A stretch of DNA of 64,000 nt, from positions 1 through 64,000 of IMG/VR virus record IMGVR_UViG_3300042549_006197; one strand, written 5' to 3'. The notes under the pieces were generated by a model, which made no database searches, was not told where the DNA came from, and worked only from the letters and a program-made list of their open reading frames with translations. The translations under genes were made by a program, and so were the position numbers. This stretch comes from a virus. Lineage: Duplodnaviria; Caudoviricetes. Positions 9,950 to 18,860 of this stretch are shown one piece after another; within the stretch, counting starts at the first letter, position 1, and every line of letters begins with the position of its first letter.

Positions 9950-10621
9950 TTAACTTTTTTTCCAGGCTTCGCCTTCTGCCTTTCTTCTACGTGCAAGACC
10001 TGCTTCTACATTTGAACCAGGATTGCGATACATATAAAGAGCATCGGGAACCATGTCCCACTCCTTATTCTTCAGGCGTTTAGTAATAGTATTAAAGTTA
10101 TCACCACCGTAAAAGCCGGCACCAAGATTATAAGCAAAGCTGAGCAGAGCGCCTCTTTTTCCATCTGACATTTCATTCCAATGAGGGATCTTACGAAGGG
10201 CAGGAAGAAACTGATTCTTGCACTGACTGATCAGCAATTCATCGGCTTCTTGCTGGGTAATTTTATCGCCAAGTTTGAAAGGTGATCCATCTTTCTTGCG
10301 AGTAGATCCCCAACCAATCGTGATTGGAAGTCCGCCAGATAAAGGATCTGGATATGCAGATAAATGACATCCTTCAAACTCTTTGATTAACTTGATGCCC
10401 ATCATTGGAACATCATCACCACCGCTAGTCACAGGAGCAGTTGCTGCAGCTGCCGGTGCTGCAGCGTTCGACTTTTTTCCGCGATAGATTTCTGCCCAAT
10501 CTACGTTGTCCTCAAGGAACTTAACAGGGAGATTATCTTCTAACCACTGAACTGCCTTGACGTGATTGGGGTTCTTCTCGTCATAGAACTTGAAAAAGTT
10601 GTGTAAATCGATACGTGCCAT
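9950..10621 (-). CDS. Lysozyme (GH24) with N-terminal accessory module
   Basis: IKEFEG...YPD...TIGWG catalytic region, LLSFAYNLG, GLARRRKAE; start moved to MARIDLHNFF. Confidence 0.9.
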   Translation of the reverse strand: MARIDLHNFFKFYDEKNPNHVKAVQWLEDNLPVKFLEDNVDWAEIYRGKKSNAAAPAAAATAPVTSGGDDVPMMGIKLIKEFEGCHLSAYPDPLSGGLPITIGWGSTRKKDGSPFKLGDKITQQEADELLISQCKNQFLPALRKIPHWNEMSDGKRGALLSFAYNLGAGFYGGDNFNTITKRLKNKEWDMVPDALYMYRNPGSNVEAGLARRRKAEGEAWKKS

Positions 10622-10635
10622 TGTTTGTTCTCCTA

Positions 10636-11307
10636 TCAGTCGAAAATTCTGCCCCAGCCATCGTTGCCACCTGGACACCAACGATGCTTAAGAACTGCTT
10701 TGGTATAAATGGTCTTCTTACCATTTGTCACAGGGCCTGTATAGTTGTCATTCAGAGAACCATATGGGTCATTAACATAATATCCTTTGCCGTCTGGAGT
10801 CTTACCGATTACAACACACATATGCCCACCAGTAGGTGCAGAAAGAGAACCCCTATGCAGGATACCAATAACGACAGGCTTCCCAGCGTCAAGACTTTTA
10901 TCAATATCAGCAAAAGAAAGATTGTAACTAAAGTGTGACTTAACTCCATAACCTGCCAGAACCTTTGTCTGTACCGAATGGTCAGTCGTGTCGCCAATCG
11001 CAAATACTTTCTTAACATACTCATCATCACCCTTAATCGATCCTGGCTTAAGGAAAGCAAGGCACATAGCACACGATGAACTGTTGCAAGTTCTATGTGC
11101 ATCTCTGTAGTTATCTACTTGGTTGAAGTATGGAACTGCAAGAACTTCTGGTGTAGGGGGTTTAGTTCTAAAAATTCCGATCCACTCGGTTTCTGCGTCA
11201 TCCATGAAGTTAGCAGGTAGGTTGTCTTCCAACCATTGAACTGCTGCTACATGATTTGCATTACCATCATCATAAAATTTGAAAAAGTTATGAAGATCTA
11301 ATGTCAT
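10636..11307 (-). CDS. C39-like (papain-fold) peptidase with the same N-terminal module
   Basis: VPYFNQ...TCNSSSCAM, GHMCVVIG, VNDPYG (Cys-His-Asp). Confidence 0.85.
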   Translation of the reverse strand: MTLDLHNFFKFYDDGNANHVAAVQWLEDNLPANFMDDAETEWIGIFRTKPPTPEVLAVPYFNQVDNYRDAHRTCNSSSCAMCLAFLKPGSIKGDDEYVKKVFAIGDTTDHSVQTKVLAGYGVKSHFSYNLSFADIDKSLDAGKPVVIGILHRGSLSAPTGGHMCVVIGKTPDGKGYYVNDPYGSLNDNYTGPVTNGKKTIYTKAVLKHRWCPGGNDGWGRIFD

Positions 11308-11331
11308 TGGATATTAATCTAAACACTGGAG

Positions 11332-11362
11332 TATTTATAAAAAAAGCGCCCTTTCGGACGCC
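11332..11362 (-). promoter_or_regulatory. Terminator followed by late promoter for the lysis-like block
   Basis: GGCGTCC-GAAA-GGGCGC-T run, then TATAAATA at 11332-11339. Confidence 0.8.
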
Positions 11363-11370
11363 TTGATTAT

Positions 11371-11898
11371 TTAAACTGTAGTGCCAACTTTTACATTTGC
11401 TGACACATACTCTAGAACAACTTCAGGAGTAGTCTGCTCATAAGGGTCGGAGTCGGCATTGTCCCGTTGCCCCACTTCCACGAATAGTTTCTCGATGACT
11501 CCGTTATCCACGACAGCAGCATAACGCCAAGAGCGATCACCGAAACCAAGGTTAGACTTGTTGACAAGATATCCCATAGAACGTGTGAAGTAAGCATTGC
11601 CGTCTGGAATGAGTTTGACTTTCTCAATGTTCTGGTCCTTAGCCCAGGCATTCATGACAAACCCATCATTAACAGAAACACAATAAATGTCATCAATACC
11701 AAGTCCAATGAATTCTTCATACTTCTCTTCAAATCCAGGGAGTTGATAAGCAGAGCAAGTAGGAGTGAATGCACCAGGCAGACTGAAAATAACCACACGC
11801 TTACCATCGAAAAGTTCCGAAGATGTACGAGTTACAAATTCACCGTTCTCGCGGAATGTAAATTCAACTTGAGGAATTTGATAATTCTCTTTACGCAT
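11371..11898 (-). CDS. Peroxiredoxin (Prx5 / type II)
   Basis: FSLPGAFTPTCS, SVNDGFVM.AW, RSWRYA; start moved to MRKENY. Confidence 0.93.
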   Translation of the reverse strand: MRKENYQIPQVEFTFRENGEFVTRTSSELFDGKRVVIFSLPGAFTPTCSAYQLPGFEEKYEEFIGLGIDDIYCVSVNDGFVMNAWAKDQNIEKVKLIPDGNAYFTRSMGYLVNKSNLGFGDRSWRYAAVVDNGVIEKLFVEVGQRDNADSDPYEQTTPEVVLEYVSANVKVGTTV

Positions 11899-11909
11899 GT
11901 TCACTTCCA

Positions 11910-12029
11910 TCAAAATACGCCGGGAATAATTTGACCAGTAGTAAGATATGAACCGGCAGCGGCCAGAAATCCAAGCATTGCCAGGCGTCCATTCCAACGC
12001 TCAGCGAATTCGGTAAAAATTTTGTTCAT
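11910..12029 (-). CDS. hli: High-light-inducible protein (39 aa)
   Basis: Manual translation MNKIFTEFAERWNGRLAMLGFLAAAGSYLTTGQIIPGVF; AGGAG RBS. Confidence 0.93.
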   Translation of the reverse strand: MNKIFTEFAERWNGRLAMLGFLAAAGSYLTTGQIIPGVF

Positions 12030-12040
12030 TGTGTTTCTCC

Positions 12041-12127
12041 TTAGTAAGTTTCGGAAAGTTGTTCTACAGATACTGCCAACAATACAAAGAAAGCGACAGA
12101 AGTAATTGTAAAGATTGCTTCAGTCAT
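12041..12127 (-). CDS. 28-aa single-TM peptide
   Basis: MTEAIFTITSVAFFVLLAVSVEQLSETY; ATG overlaps the upstream hli TGA. Confidence 0.6.
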   Translation of the reverse strand: MTEAIFTITSVAFFVLLAVSVEQLSETY

Positions 12128-12321
12128 CAGAAGATACCGAAGAAGAAGTTGCCAGTGCTAATATAAGATACGAGACCAGCAACAAAACCGACCATTGCCC
12201 AGCGCCCATTGGTTCTCTCCTTTACTTGGTTGGGAGTCAGTTGTCCGTAGTTCTCATAATACATGGTGGGTTCTTTAGCAAACATATTTTGCTGACCACG
12301 CTCATTAGTTGTTACAGTCAT
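12127..12321 (-). CDS. hli: High-light-inducible protein
   Basis: ERTNGRWAMVGF motif; start moved to MTVTTNERGQQNMFAKEP. Confidence 0.9.
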   Translation of the reverse strand: MTVTTNERGQQNMFAKEPTMYYENYGQLTPNQVKERTNGRWAMVGFVAGLVSYISTGNFFFGIF

Positions 12322-12348
12322 TTTCGTTTTATTACGAATTGTTACACA

Positions 12349-12386
12349 ATTATATAGCAAAAATAAAGGGGAGTCAAGCTCCCCCT
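12349..12386 (-). promoter_or_regulatory. Sigma70 promoter for hli operon overlapping a terminator hairpin
   Basis: TTGACT-17-TATAAT; the -35 sits in the GGGGAG-CTTGA-CTCCCC-T-run hairpin. Confidence 0.75.
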
Positions 12387-12404
12387 CGTGATTTTATTAG
12401 CAAA

Positions 12405-12860
12405 TCAGAACTTGTATCCAACACCAACAGTTGGGGTGTAGGTCGTAGAAGAACCAAACCCAAACTTAAGATCGGTGAACAGGACTACATTTTTTGCCAC
12501 TTCACCTTCTACGCCAAGCACAGCAATGCCTGCAACTTGATTATTAGTGTTGATGGCAGTACCTGCTCCAAATCCAGCGCCGCCGCCGACATAGGCATTT
12601 ACGTTGTTAGCAACAGGAACATCATAAGTTACATTAACGTTACCACCAGTTGCGCTGCCAATGGTAAGTTGAGGACGAAGAGAAACGGGAATCGTAGATC
12701 CAAGAGTACGAGAATCTAAACGACCACTCACGGAACCTGCAGTTCTATTTGAATTGGTTCCAATCGCAGCACCAGCTGCAGCATAGTTACCAGTCAGTCC
12801 ACCAGCAAAAGCGGGGCTAATCAGGAAAGGAGCACATGCAGCAAAAAGTGTATACTTCAT
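12405..12860 (-). CDS. Small outer-membrane beta-barrel protein
   Basis: Signal peptide ending AFA, alternating amphipathic strands, YVGGGAGF, C-terminal VGVGYKF beta-signal. Confidence 0.8.
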   Translation of the reverse strand: MKYTLFAACAPFLISPAFAGGLTGNYAAAGAAIGTNSNRTAGSVSGRLDSRTLGSTIPVSLRPQLTIGSATGGNVNVTYDVPVANNVNAYVGGGAGFGAGTAINTNNQVAGIAVLGVEGEVAKNVVLFTDLKFGFGSSTTYTPTVGVGYKF

Positions 12861-12942
12861 ATTAAATGTTTTTAATAAACTACGGTAAATCCTAAGACAT
12901 TCTTAAGATTGGTATCCAATCTAACACGAATTTTTAAGATTG

Positions 12943-13737
12943 TCAACCCTGAGCAACGGCTGAGTTTTCCACAACTCTTCCAAGATAAGGATCATAATCC
13001 ATAAGTTCCTCAATCTTCAATTCAGCTCCACGCTGACTCCAGAAATTAAGAAGACCATCATGATTACCCTTGTGGAACGCATCAATATGATCTGGATGAA
13101 TTGATGATCCAAGTTCAATTTTATAAAGAAGAAGAGGAATACTATAAGTATTACCCGAATTATAGATAAGATCGTCCGCAACAGGACGTGGCTTGCATCC
13201 ATTATCGAGTTTATACTTTTCTCCTCGAACATGATGCTTCATTAATTTTTCAGCATGATGACGAGTGATCATATAACAAGCAGTAGAAAAATCATTCACG
13301 AAACGCTTGTGCAATTTGACATGAAGATCTCCAGTGCAAATAATTGCAATCTGCACTACATCCCAATCATAAGGAATGCGACCATAGAAATCATTCCAAG
13401 TAAAATTCCAGAACCTTACAAGATCTAAATTGCAATCATCTTCCATCATGATAGCATAGGGACTATCGGACGTTTCGAGCCAATGTTTGATTGCTTTTAG
13501 GTGTGATGTGGTACATCCAATTTCACCTGAAGTCATCATCTCTGGATAGCGACCAGAAATAATATCACTCAGATCATCTTCTCTACCATCATATGCGGAG
13601 ATTCGAGTATAGTTTTCAATCTCCCAATACTTGAACTGATCTTCCATGTATTGCCATCTATCTGGTTGCCCATCAAGATTGATGCAATAGATTGGACCAA
13701 TATTTTTTAATTTAAAAGTCGATTTATTTCTATCCAT
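12943..13737 (-). CDS. Glycosyltransferase family 25-like
   Basis: YCINLD...R, GEIGCTTSH, IMMEDD. Confidence 0.85.
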   Translation of the reverse strand: MDRNKSTFKLKNIGPIYCINLDGQPDRWQYMEDQFKYWEIENYTRISAYDGREDDLSDIISGRYPEMMTSGEIGCTTSHLKAIKHWLETSDSPYAIMMEDDCNLDLVRFWNFTWNDFYGRIPYDWDVVQIAIICTGDLHVKLHKRFVNDFSTACYMITRHHAEKLMKHHVRGEKYKLDNGCKPRPVADDLIYNSGNTYSIPLLLYKIELGSSIHPDHIDAFHKGNHDGLLNFWSQRGAELKIEELMDYDPYLGRVVENSAVAQG

Positions 13738-14519
13738 TAGACTTGATATACGGCTCCGTGTTGATAAGTAAACCCCGTGACGGGTTGAATGTTTTCTTGT
13801 GGCATGAACAGATTGACCCCTAAGAATTTAATAGGAGCATCACCCCATCTCTTAGTATAGATTCCACCATGTTCGCCAATCTTATTATAAAATTCCATGT
13901 AGGGACTTGTCAAGAACCAGTCCACTTTACCCAATTCAAAATTAGTATAGAACATCATACCCTCAGGTATATGATTTGGGTATAGGTCGTTTGTAAATTC
14001 CCACAATCCTTCAATTACTTTTGGATTATCAGTTTGAACAGCAGGAGCAATAAAACCATAATAACAATGATTACTTTCAGCCCAATCAAAAATATCATAA
14101 TTCAATGGAGTATGTATAAAAGAATCTGTGTCTAATCTCAAGTAATAATTATAATTTCTTATAATACTTTGATTATACATTTCGCCGGAGAAAAATCTAC
14201 ACATGTGGCGATACCCCATGGAAAATCCTGGATGCCCCCAGGCAACAGGACCATTTCCATGAGTTGGGTGTGGAAAAAATTCTGGTATGTGACGTGCAAT
14301 TTCATTGGAATATTCTGGCACATCAAATTGAACTAGATTGTACTTAAGGTTTAAATTTGTTTTAACCTTTTCCACATACGGAAAAAATGAATCTTCTACA
14401 AAAACAATTACATCTGCAGAAGTAAACTTAAGTACATTCTCTTCAAGAAGTGCAAGAGACTTATTGAACATTTCAACATCTTCATCAGAAGATCTGACAA
14501 GATAGATTATACAGTTCAT
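13737..14519 (-). CDS. GT15 (KRE2/MNT1-like) alpha-1,2-mannosyltransferase-like protein
   Basis: YRHMCRFFSG, YYLRLD, FYTNFE, GGIY..RWGDAP motifs. Confidence 0.8.
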   Translation of the reverse strand: MNCIIYLVRSSDEDVEMFNKSLALLEENVLKFTSADVIVFVEDSFFPYVEKVKTNLNLKYNLVQFDVPEYSNEIARHIPEFFPHPTHGNGPVAWGHPGFSMGYRHMCRFFSGEMYNQSIIRNYNYYLRLDTDSFIHTPLNYDIFDWAESNHCYYGFIAPAVQTDNPKVIEGLWEFTNDLYPNHIPEGMMFYTNFELGKVDWFLTSPYMEFYNKIGEHGGIYTKRWGDAPIKFLGVNLFMPQENIQPVTGFTYQHGAVYQV

Positions 14520-15928
14520 AACATTTGCCACTCTTTATAGGGTATCATGTTTGGGCTATGCGTACCAATAAAAGATTGAGGATAAAATACTTTTGTGTTT
14601 GGTTGATTTGAGTCTAAGAAAGCGGACCAAAAACTAAACGTTGATACATGCAAAATATGATACTCACATTCTACCATCTTTTGTAGTGATTGAAAAGCAT
14701 TCCCACCAAATATTTCGAAATGCATATCAAAGTTATCCCTAAACCAAGATAACTTATATCGTGCTTTATTATTATCGTCAGCAAAGATATAAACTTTACT
14801 CTTTGCAGGAATTTTTTCAAATACTTTTATATAAAATTCATCATCAACATAACCATTGACATGATCATCCGCAGGACGAGTGCAGAATCTTAGATGTAAT
14901 GAAACTGTTCCAGATACATTGCTGGTATTAGTACCAAGAACATCTCTAACATCATCAAGATTTTCTACAGAGCCAAATCTAAACATGTCATTGATAACAA
15001 ACTTAGTATCAAATGTTGTGGAAAGATTGCCTTGCCAATTTAGATTTGGAAAATATTTTTTCATGTCCGCATGAGTTCCATCATGTCCACCAAGAAGTTT
15101 GTCAGAGTTGTATGATGGTGGATATAAGTTGCCACCATTCCATAGATCCCATGTACCAAACTTTGGCTCTGGCAGATTAAACTTCTTGCAGAATGAAATA
15201 ACTTCTGCCATCTGAAATAAGTTATTACCAAGTCCACCGTGCAGTGTTGTACTAATAGTCCAATTGTTAAAATCTACTGGAAGATGTTTTGCTTTTGGAG
15301 AACTGTCAATATGAACATCAATTCCCAACCACCCTAAACAACACAGTTGATATTGAGTATTACCAAAAAACTCTGGAGCATCTACAATCAAAAAGTTATT
15401 TGGGTATTGCTCTTGCAACTCATTTGCAATACGATAATATTCATCCCAATATCTTTCCGTTGCATGAAACTCATCTCTTGAATCGCTGTAATTTGGAAAC
15501 TGACTTACAGCATATCGGTTATGACCAAATCCAATCGATCTATCCTTTACGTAGCAAGGATTGCGATATCCCCAAGACGTAGCTAAAGATTTAATTGAGT
15601 GCTCTCTTCTACCACGCAGACACAAGAATTTCATGTCCGGATAAAATTCCAGAAACTCAGGAACATACTTTAAATATGAATGTGTGATGTTTGAAATCAC
15701 CCACCCATCTTGATCATGATCAAAATGAAAGGATACTCTACGAATTCTTTCTTCCTTTGAAAGACTTTCTGCATCCCAGATCAATCCATTACCTTCACTC
15801 CAAGTCTCAAAACTATTTTGATACTTAGGACCTCCACCTTTATATTTGATTGGAGTGTGATCTCTTAGAAGATAATTGGCCCGAAGAAATCCACATCCAC
15901 CAGATCCGATAATATGAAAGTTACTCAT
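14516..15928 (-). CDS. Fusion: sulfotransferase-like N-domain plus GT11 C-domain
   Basis: N-terminal IIGSGGCG and KFLCLRGRRE..IKS; C-terminal GGLGNNLFQ, SLHLR, STFSFWSAFL. Confidence 0.65.
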   Translation of the reverse strand: MSNFHIIGSGGCGFLRANYLLRDHTPIKYKGGGPKYQNSFETWSEGNGLIWDAESLSKEERIRRVSFHFDHDQDGWVISNITHSYLKYVPEFLEFYPDMKFLCLRGRREHSIKSLATSWGYRNPCYVKDRSIGFGHNRYAVSQFPNYSDSRDEFHATERYWDEYYRIANELQEQYPNNFLIVDAPEFFGNTQYQLCCLGWLGIDVHIDSSPKAKHLPVDFNNWTISTTLHGGLGNNLFQMAEVISFCKKFNLPEPKFGTWDLWNGGNLYPPSYNSDKLLGGHDGTHADMKKYFPNLNWQGNLSTTFDTKFVINDMFRFGSVENLDDVRDVLGTNTSNVSGTVSLHLRFCTRPADDHVNGYVDDEFYIKVFEKIPAKSKVYIFADDNNKARYKLSWFRDNFDMHFEIFGGNAFQSLQKMVECEYHILHVSTFSFWSAFLDSNQPNTKVFYPQSFIGTHSPNMIPYKEWQML

Positions 15929-16736
15929 AAGCAATACCCCTCAATTCATACTCCCAACGAACATCCGTGTTCATTCTTGGAGTTCCATTCGCTTCAATAA
16001 TCTGCCCAACAAATATTCCATATTCCATTGGTTCATGTTCCGGGAATGGCCTGTTATCTTGACCGATAGGATAGATTTCAGAAAGTTGATCTCTCACATT
16101 ACCAGTAATATAAGGAATCAAACCAACACCATACGCTTGATCGTGAGGAACATGATCTCCTGGTTGAGTAGTTGGTTGTCCAGAAGGTTGAGTATTAGAC
16201 CAATGATCATGACATACATGATCAAAAGCAATCATAGGCCACACATGTCTATGTAAAATAGATTGATCATCCTCTCTATTATTTTGATGTGGGACATCAA
16301 GATTCAATTTCCCATACCGCTGATGATAGAGAGTATTATTAATACCAAACATTCCTGCCATGATTGAATAACCATGATTATGACAGTCTCTCATAAGATG
16401 ACATGCCTTATCTGTGGTTAACCATTCATCAACAGCTCTACGCTCTCTCCAAGATAATCGACTATCACAATCTCGACTAATCCACACATCAACAGTGTCA
16501 TCCAGAAAAGGAAGGAATCTCCAATTCAATGCGTCATAAGCACTGTATCTTTGACGAAGATAAACTTCTGCATCATAATCTTTAAGTCTCCAAGTATACT
16601 CCTCTGGAGTATCCTGGTCCACATAAAATCTTGCTGTCCAATCAGGATAGATTTCTTTTGCAAGTCTTGCGTTTTCTACCGCACCTTCGCAATAAAGTGG
16701 ATTAGAACCAAAGAGACTAAACGTTATCAGACGCAT
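15921..16736 (-). CDS. Putative glycosyltransferase-like protein
   Basis: FSLFG...WRFLP...SRDCDSR (DxD)...MRD..NH...AGMFG...DQ; located in glycan cluster. Confidence 0.6.
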   Translation of the reverse strand: MRLITFSLFGSNPLYCEGAVENARLAKEIYPDWTARFYVDQDTPEEYTWRLKDYDAEVYLRQRYSAYDALNWRFLPFLDDTVDVWISRDCDSRLSWRERRAVDEWLTTDKACHLMRDCHNHGYSIMAGMFGINNTLYHQRYGKLNLDVPHQNNREDDQSILHRHVWPMIAFDHVCHDHWSNTQPSGQPTTQPGDHVPHDQAYGVGLIPYITGNVRDQLSEIYPIGQDNRPFPEHEPMEYGIFVGQIIEANGTPRMNTDVRWEYELRGIAYE

Positions 16737-17313
16737 ACCACGCTCCATAATAACAATCAGATGAATGAAATCCTCCTTCAGATCCACCACTAAAAATTTT
16801 TCCAAAGTCACCTAAAACATCAGTAAAAGTTTCTTTAGTGATGAAGTGTGGGTGTGCTTCATCAGTTGCACTTCCAATACTTTCAAAAACTCTAATTACC
16901 TTTGAGGTTTTCTTTGCGAGTTCGAGTTGTTCTTGTGGGTCAAGTACGTGCTGAACGACATTGAAGAACCAAGTCTCATCAACTTGTTCTTCAATCTCAA
17001 GATCTTCATAAGGTGCTGCGATAATTTCTACTCCAATTGCTTCATAGTCCCGACGAATCTCAGCAGGCCAACGATCAATCAATGGTTCTACAATAATTCC
17101 TCTTTTAAAGTTGCCTTCAGTTAGAAGGATAGAACCCCTTGGGCCGGCACCAACTTCAACAATAACTTTATCTTTAAAGTCTTCTTTATAATCAAATTCA
17201 AGATATTTTGCAATGATTGAAGATGCATGATTATATGCTTCTCTACTTAAATCTTGATGATGTGAAAACTCCGTAGTTTGTGCCACATCCCACCTATCAA
17301 TATCAATTCGCAT
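16717..17313 (-). CDS. SAM-dependent methyltransferase
   Basis: IVEVGAGP motif I, FNVVQHVLDP. Confidence 0.8.
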   Translation of the reverse strand: MRIDIDRWDVAQTTEFSHHQDLSREAYNHASSIIAKYLEFDYKEDFKDKVIVEVGAGPRGSILLTEGNFKRGIIVEPLIDRWPAEIRRDYEAIGVEIIAAPYEDLEIEEQVDETWFFNVVQHVLDPQEQLELAKKTSKVIRVFESIGSATDEAHPHFITKETFTDVLGDFGKIFSGGSEGGFHSSDCYYGAWYASDNV

Positions 17314-18127
17314 AAGGTAACTCTCGATGTTCAACAATTCTTCTGGTATTTATCAGATCTTTATGACGCTCATAAAAGATCTTACTATTTTTATGGTGCG
17401 CTTTTAAAAGCCATGGAGCAGGAGATCCCGTTTCCACTCGTGTTCCCCCCCAACAATCTTCACTTTCATAATCAATCCAATATGCACCTACAACTTTTCC
17501 AAGTTGTTTGTATGCTCGATAACAGAGATCATGATCATCCATATCCTGAGGTTCAAATGCTTCATCAAGATAATCCAATTTCTTAAGATCATCATGATCA
17601 ATCATCAACGGACCACGATTTACAGAACACCTAACAGCAAATACATCACGAGGTAGTGTATGTTTACGATCAGCATGATCTACATGATTGACAATATCAC
17701 ACCAACAATCATCAAGATCCTCTTCCATCCTCAAATGTTTTGAGTCTGGATTGAATACCCAATTATGTGCAGTTCTGGAGGTCACTGCAAATACATCATC
17801 AAAAGCTCTGAAGGGTTTTTCTAATCTTTTATTCCAATCTTGCTCCTTGATAATCATATCATCTTGAACGATGATAATCTTATCACCCTCAGCATTTTTC
17901 ATGCCAAGATTATTTGCCTTTGTTTCAAAAACATTTGGCGCATGAAGAAATTTTCTTTTAACAGGAGTACCACTCAGAGAGTCCCAGATAATCTTTTCAG
18001 AATTATCTGTGCATCCATCAATCACCACAATTAACTCATAAGGTTCTGCAGTATACTTGTAGATACCTTCGATGACTCGCTCAATCAACCAGTCTTTATT
18101 GTGGACTGTAAGAATAATACTATGCAT
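17303..18127 (-). CDS. Glycosyltransferase family 2
   Basis: SIILTVHN, VVIDGCTD, IVQDD, DDHDLCYR. Confidence 0.88.
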   Translation of the reverse strand: MHSIILTVHNKDWLIERVIEGIYKYTAEPYELIVVIDGCTDNSEKIIWDSLSGTPVKRKFLHAPNVFETKANNLGMKNAEGDKIIIVQDDMIIKEQDWNKRLEKPFRAFDDVFAVTSRTAHNWVFNPDSKHLRMEEDLDDCWCDIVNHVDHADRKHTLPRDVFAVRCSVNRGPLMIDHDDLKKLDYLDEAFEPQDMDDHDLCYRAYKQLGKVVGAYWIDYESEDCWGGTRVETGSPAPWLLKAHHKNSKIFYERHKDLINTRRIVEHRELPYAN

Positions 18128-18860
18128 CTTCTTTAATTGCATTTAAGAACTGATCGATCTGACGACCAAATCCTACACCGCCACGTTCATACCAGTAATC
18201 ATAATCACATTCGACATAATTACGAAACTCATGGCCTCCAACAGTCAAACCATCTCGAATTGCAAGATTAGTCAGAACACTTTGATCGTTTCTGTGTGCA
18301 ACAAAACCTTCCAGTTCTTCACCTTCCACACTTGGATCATTGTTAATGATGCGAGGATCTAAACAATATTTTTGCCATTCAGCAATCATTTCTCTTGTTT
18401 TGTCAGTGACTTTCCAGACCATAAAACCACATTCAAGTTGACGCTCATTCCAATAGTCTTCCTCATCACAATCCATTAGAATAAAACAGTCGCGTTTAGT
18501 ATACTGACCGTTCATATTGTTGCTGATTAACAACATTGAAATGTCATCCGTATCATTCATCTCCTTCTCAACATACAGTCTCAAACCAGGAGAGAACATA
18601 TCACCACAGTCACAGTAGAGAACATAATCTCCGTCTGCAGCGTGTTCCATTGCTTGCGAAATGACATAGGGTTTCCATGCCCACCACCCAGCTCCAACTG
18701 GAGCATCAAGAAGTTCTTTATTCTCAGCATAAAAATCTGTGGTTTCTAACCATTCCCGATTATATGCATGATGACAAAATTCTTCCTCATGAATATCATG
18801 AAGATACTTTTGTTTGTCTAAAAACTTTTCGTTTGCAAATGTTACCAAATGCCAAGTCAT
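18120..18860 (-). CDS. Putative GT-A-like glycosyltransferase
   Basis: GWWAWKPY, LYCDCG, HRNDQSVL motifs. Confidence 0.6.
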   Translation of the reverse strand: MTWHLVTFANEKFLDKQKYLHDIHEEEFCHHAYNREWLETTDFYAENKELLDAPVGAGWWAWKPYVISQAMEHAADGDYVLYCDCGDMFSPGLRLYVEKEMNDTDDISMLLISNNMNGQYTKRDCFILMDCDEEDYWNERQLECGFMVWKVTDKTREMIAEWQKYCLDPRIINNDPSVEGEELEGFVAHRNDQSVLTNLAIRDGLTVGGHEFRNYVECDYDYWYERGGVGFGRQIDQFLNAIKEDA

